A stretch of 63,927 nucleotides of DNA, filler included, from Olpidium bornovanus S191 (taxonomy: Eukaryota > Fungi > Olpidiomycota): NCBI GenBank assembly GCA_017911155.1. It is 30 parts of 30 records of this genome, joined end to end, with 100 filler letters (N's around TTAATTAATTAA, not from the genome) between each part and the next. Parts side by side here need not be neighbours in the genome. Positions count along the whole stretch, not along the records: positions 61,535 to 62,815 come from JAEFCI010011095.1; positions 62,916 to 63,927 come from JAEFCI010002747.1; 28 more parts are not named here. One strand, 5' to 3'. The notes under the pieces are model-generated. The model did no database searches. It was given only the letters and a program-made list of their open reading frames with translations, and was not told the DNA's origin. Shown piece after piece: positions 61,841 to 63,927 of this stretch. Both the position numbers and the translations under genes were made by a program. How positions within the stretch are numbered: position 1 is the first letter of the stretch; each line of letters begins with the position of its first letter.

Positions 61841-62410
61841 CCTGCCCCCCCCCCCAGCGCCACACGCGGGAACCCCCGCCAACCATAACCCCCCTCAGAC
61901 GGCACCCGCACCCCCACAGCACGAGAGCTCGGAGCCCCGCGTGGTAACCACACGGGAAGAGACAGGACGCACCGCGTCGACCGACGCGACGTCAAAGGAC
62001 GGCTTTGCCGCCGACCTGCCCTCCGCTCGACGTCGACGGGCATAAATAGCGTCCCTTCCGCTCCGTAGCTCGAGACCGAACTTCCATAGAACCGCCTTGG
62101 CTTGCCTCTTCGCTACTTTGGGTACTTTACCTTGAGAGTAATATCTCTCCAACCAGAATACAAACGCTTCTTTACCGCTTAACCAAGGACTTTACCGCGA
62201 GTTTTGAGCTTGACCCGACTCTCCACAGTACATGAGTGACACTGGCACGTACCCCTTCTCAATACTCCGATAAATTCATTTATGTTTCCCCTTTGTTTTT
62301 GCTTACATTTCCAGTAACCCGGTTTGAACCGGGTTAATTTTTTTCCAAAACAAAAGCAAACCAAAACCAAAACAAACTCGGCTTCTTCCTTACCGGTGAC
62401 AGGTGATGGT

Positions 62411-62815
62411 GGGGAGAGGCTTCTGTTGAATTCGGGCCTTGTCGTGAGTGCGTGCGCACCCGAACCGAGAATCGGCACCAAATGGCATTTTGTTGCCACC
62501 AGGTGACTCCGCCGGAACGCTAATAACCCCCTGACCGAAACCTGGCACGGGGCACGCACTCCTCGGGGGGGTTGTCTGGATACCCCTGAGGAACGCACGG
62601 AAGGGCTACCAGGTAACCAAAGAAGGAAAGGCACAACGTGGCGAAAAGAAGCCGGGAAAACAACGGGGAAAACCAAAACAAAGCGCCCTCTCGCCATAAC
62701 ACCGAGCGGGAGTCCCACAAGGTGGTCGGGCCTCGGGTATAAAAGGCGGAGCTTCCTCGCCCCGGAACTTTTTTTCCCAACCCTCCTCCGTCCTCTCCTA
62801 CATTAGAGTAGACGC
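62411..62815 (+). mobile_element. Candidate polypurine tract plus LTR start
   Basis: ggggagagg followed within 4 nt by TGTTGA; TATA-like gtataaaagg near 62737 followed by a pyrimidine-rich stretch. No second LTR copy is visible. Confidence 0.3.
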
Positions 62816-62986
62816 NNNNNNNNNNNNNNNNNNNNNNNNNNNNNNNNNNNNNNNNNNNNTTAATTAATTAANNNNNNNNNNNNNNNNNNNNNNNNNNNNN
62901 NNNNNNNNNNNNNNNAAGAGAGATCCAGACGCGTCGTTTTCACGCGTTACCGGTCGTGTCCAAAAAAAACCAGCCGGTTTTTCCAT

Positions 62987-63772
62987 ATGCCGCCGCGCGC
63001 CGCCGCCGCCCTGCCCGTCCCCCTCCCGCGGCGCCGTCTTCCCTGCCGTTTCGTCCGCCGCCGCCGCGCCCCGCTCGGGCCGCCGCCGCCGCCGCCGCCG
63101 CCGCTGCGGCGGAGCTGCTGCTGCTGCCTCGCCCCGCCCGGCGCCCGACGCCGCGGCGGCGGGCCGCCCGCGGTTCCGACGCCGGAAGCGCCCCCGGCGG
63201 CGGCCTCCGCCCCGGCCGACCGCCGCCCCGACGGCGCCGACGACGACGACGTCTCGCTTCTCCTGGTCGGGACGCCGCCCTGCGCCGTAAAGGGGCCCGT
63301 CCGGCCGGCCCCCCCGGTGGATGGCGCCGTCTCGTCGGCGAAGAAAGGCGGTGCGTGGTGGTGGTCGTCGTCCCCAGTGGCCGGCTTCCCTTATGGTTCC
63401 GGCGCGCGGCGCGCGCTACCCTGTCTACAGGGAGGCCTAGGAAGCGTATCTCCTTTTTTTATTTTTATTTTTATTTCTTTTTATTTTTTTATTTTTTATT
63501 TTATTTTATTTTATTTTTTTTTTTTTTACTTTTTCTCTTTCTTTTGCCCGCGCCGGCCGCCTTGCTCAGATCTTGCGGACGCGGCCAGCTGGAACGACCG
63601 GCCCCTCGGGCGCCGCTACCGCGAACCGTATTTCTCCACCCGAGACGTCGCGGGGGTGCGGAGGCCGCTTTCGCGTTCGCAGATCGACGGCATCGTCGAC
63701 GACTTCTTCGAGAGCGCCGAGGCGGCGTTGCAAGAGCCCTTTCCGGGGTTTCTGCCGACCGGGCAAGCGTAG
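62987..63772 (+). CDS. Hypothetical protein, probably 2 exons
   Basis: Arg/Pro-rich leader, a poly-T intron (about 63447-63567) and a terminal exon DLADAASWNDRPLGRRYREPYFSTRD..IDGIVDDFFESAEAAL. Confidence 0.4.
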   Translation: MPPRAAAALPVPLPRRRLPCRFVRRRRAPLGPPPPPPPPLRRSCCCCLAPPGARRRGGGPPAVPTPEAPPAAASAPADRRPDGADDDDVSLLLVGTPPCAVKGPVRPAPPVDGAVSSAKKGGAWWWSSSPVAGFPYGSGARRALPCLQGGLGSVSPFFIFIFISFYFFIFYFILFYFFFFYFFSFFCPRRPPCSDLADAASWNDRPLGRRYREPYFSTRDVAGVRRPLSRSQIDGIVDDFFESAEAALQEPFPGFLPTGQA

Positions 63773-63860
63773 ACGGGAACCTGCCCGCACTTCCGGCCGT
63801 CACGCTTCGAGGGAGCCGTGGTCGCCCGTCGGCCCGTCCCGTCCCCCAGCAACCGCCCCC

Positions 63861-63918
<58 letters not shown>

Positions 63919-63927
63919 CCCCCCCGC

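Noticed and set aside
1-63927. Apparent clustering of HMGR, CotH, flagellar and transporter genes as one system
   Set aside because: They lie on separate contigs joined artificially, so no physical linkage can be inferred.

Overview
This is not a contiguous locus. It is a concatenation of 30 short eukaryotic contigs (about 1-4 kb each), joined by 29 artificial 100-bp spacers (N44-TTAATTAATTAA-N44, giving stops in all six frames), so adjacency across gaps is not evidence of linkage. The DNA is GC-rich and intron-rich with many homopolymer runs. Gene content (IFT139/TTC21B, an ASH-domain protein, an NCS-type EF-hand protein, CotH, INTS4, cornichon, a fungal Esc1-like bHLH) points to a flagellated, early-diverging fungus; an Olpidium-like zoosporic fungus is my inference. 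Most genes are partial. Recognisable fragments: class II (prokaryote-type) HMG-CoA reductase with introns, RasGAP-domain protein, INTS4, ERV14/cornichon, WD40 protein, two CotH fragments, tandem-SH3 C-terminus, PRMT5, DDX21-like helicase, KDM5-type C5HC2 finger, an Actinobacteria-like acyl-CoA synthetase fragment, CDS1, bHLH and C2H2 transcription factors, Ty3/Gypsy pol (one near-intact copy, one remnant), IFT139, prefoldin 1 and a SulP transporter. The best leads are the spliced class II HMGR, the surface-anchored CotH, the decaying bacterial-like fragment, an AT/TpA-rich island, antisense ORFs downstream of the Gypsy pol, a dispersed motif-rich repeat, and strong CATG enrichment at contig ends (probably technical). 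I found no convincing multi-gene novel system, and the assembly cannot show one. Exon boundaries were read by eye and are approximate.
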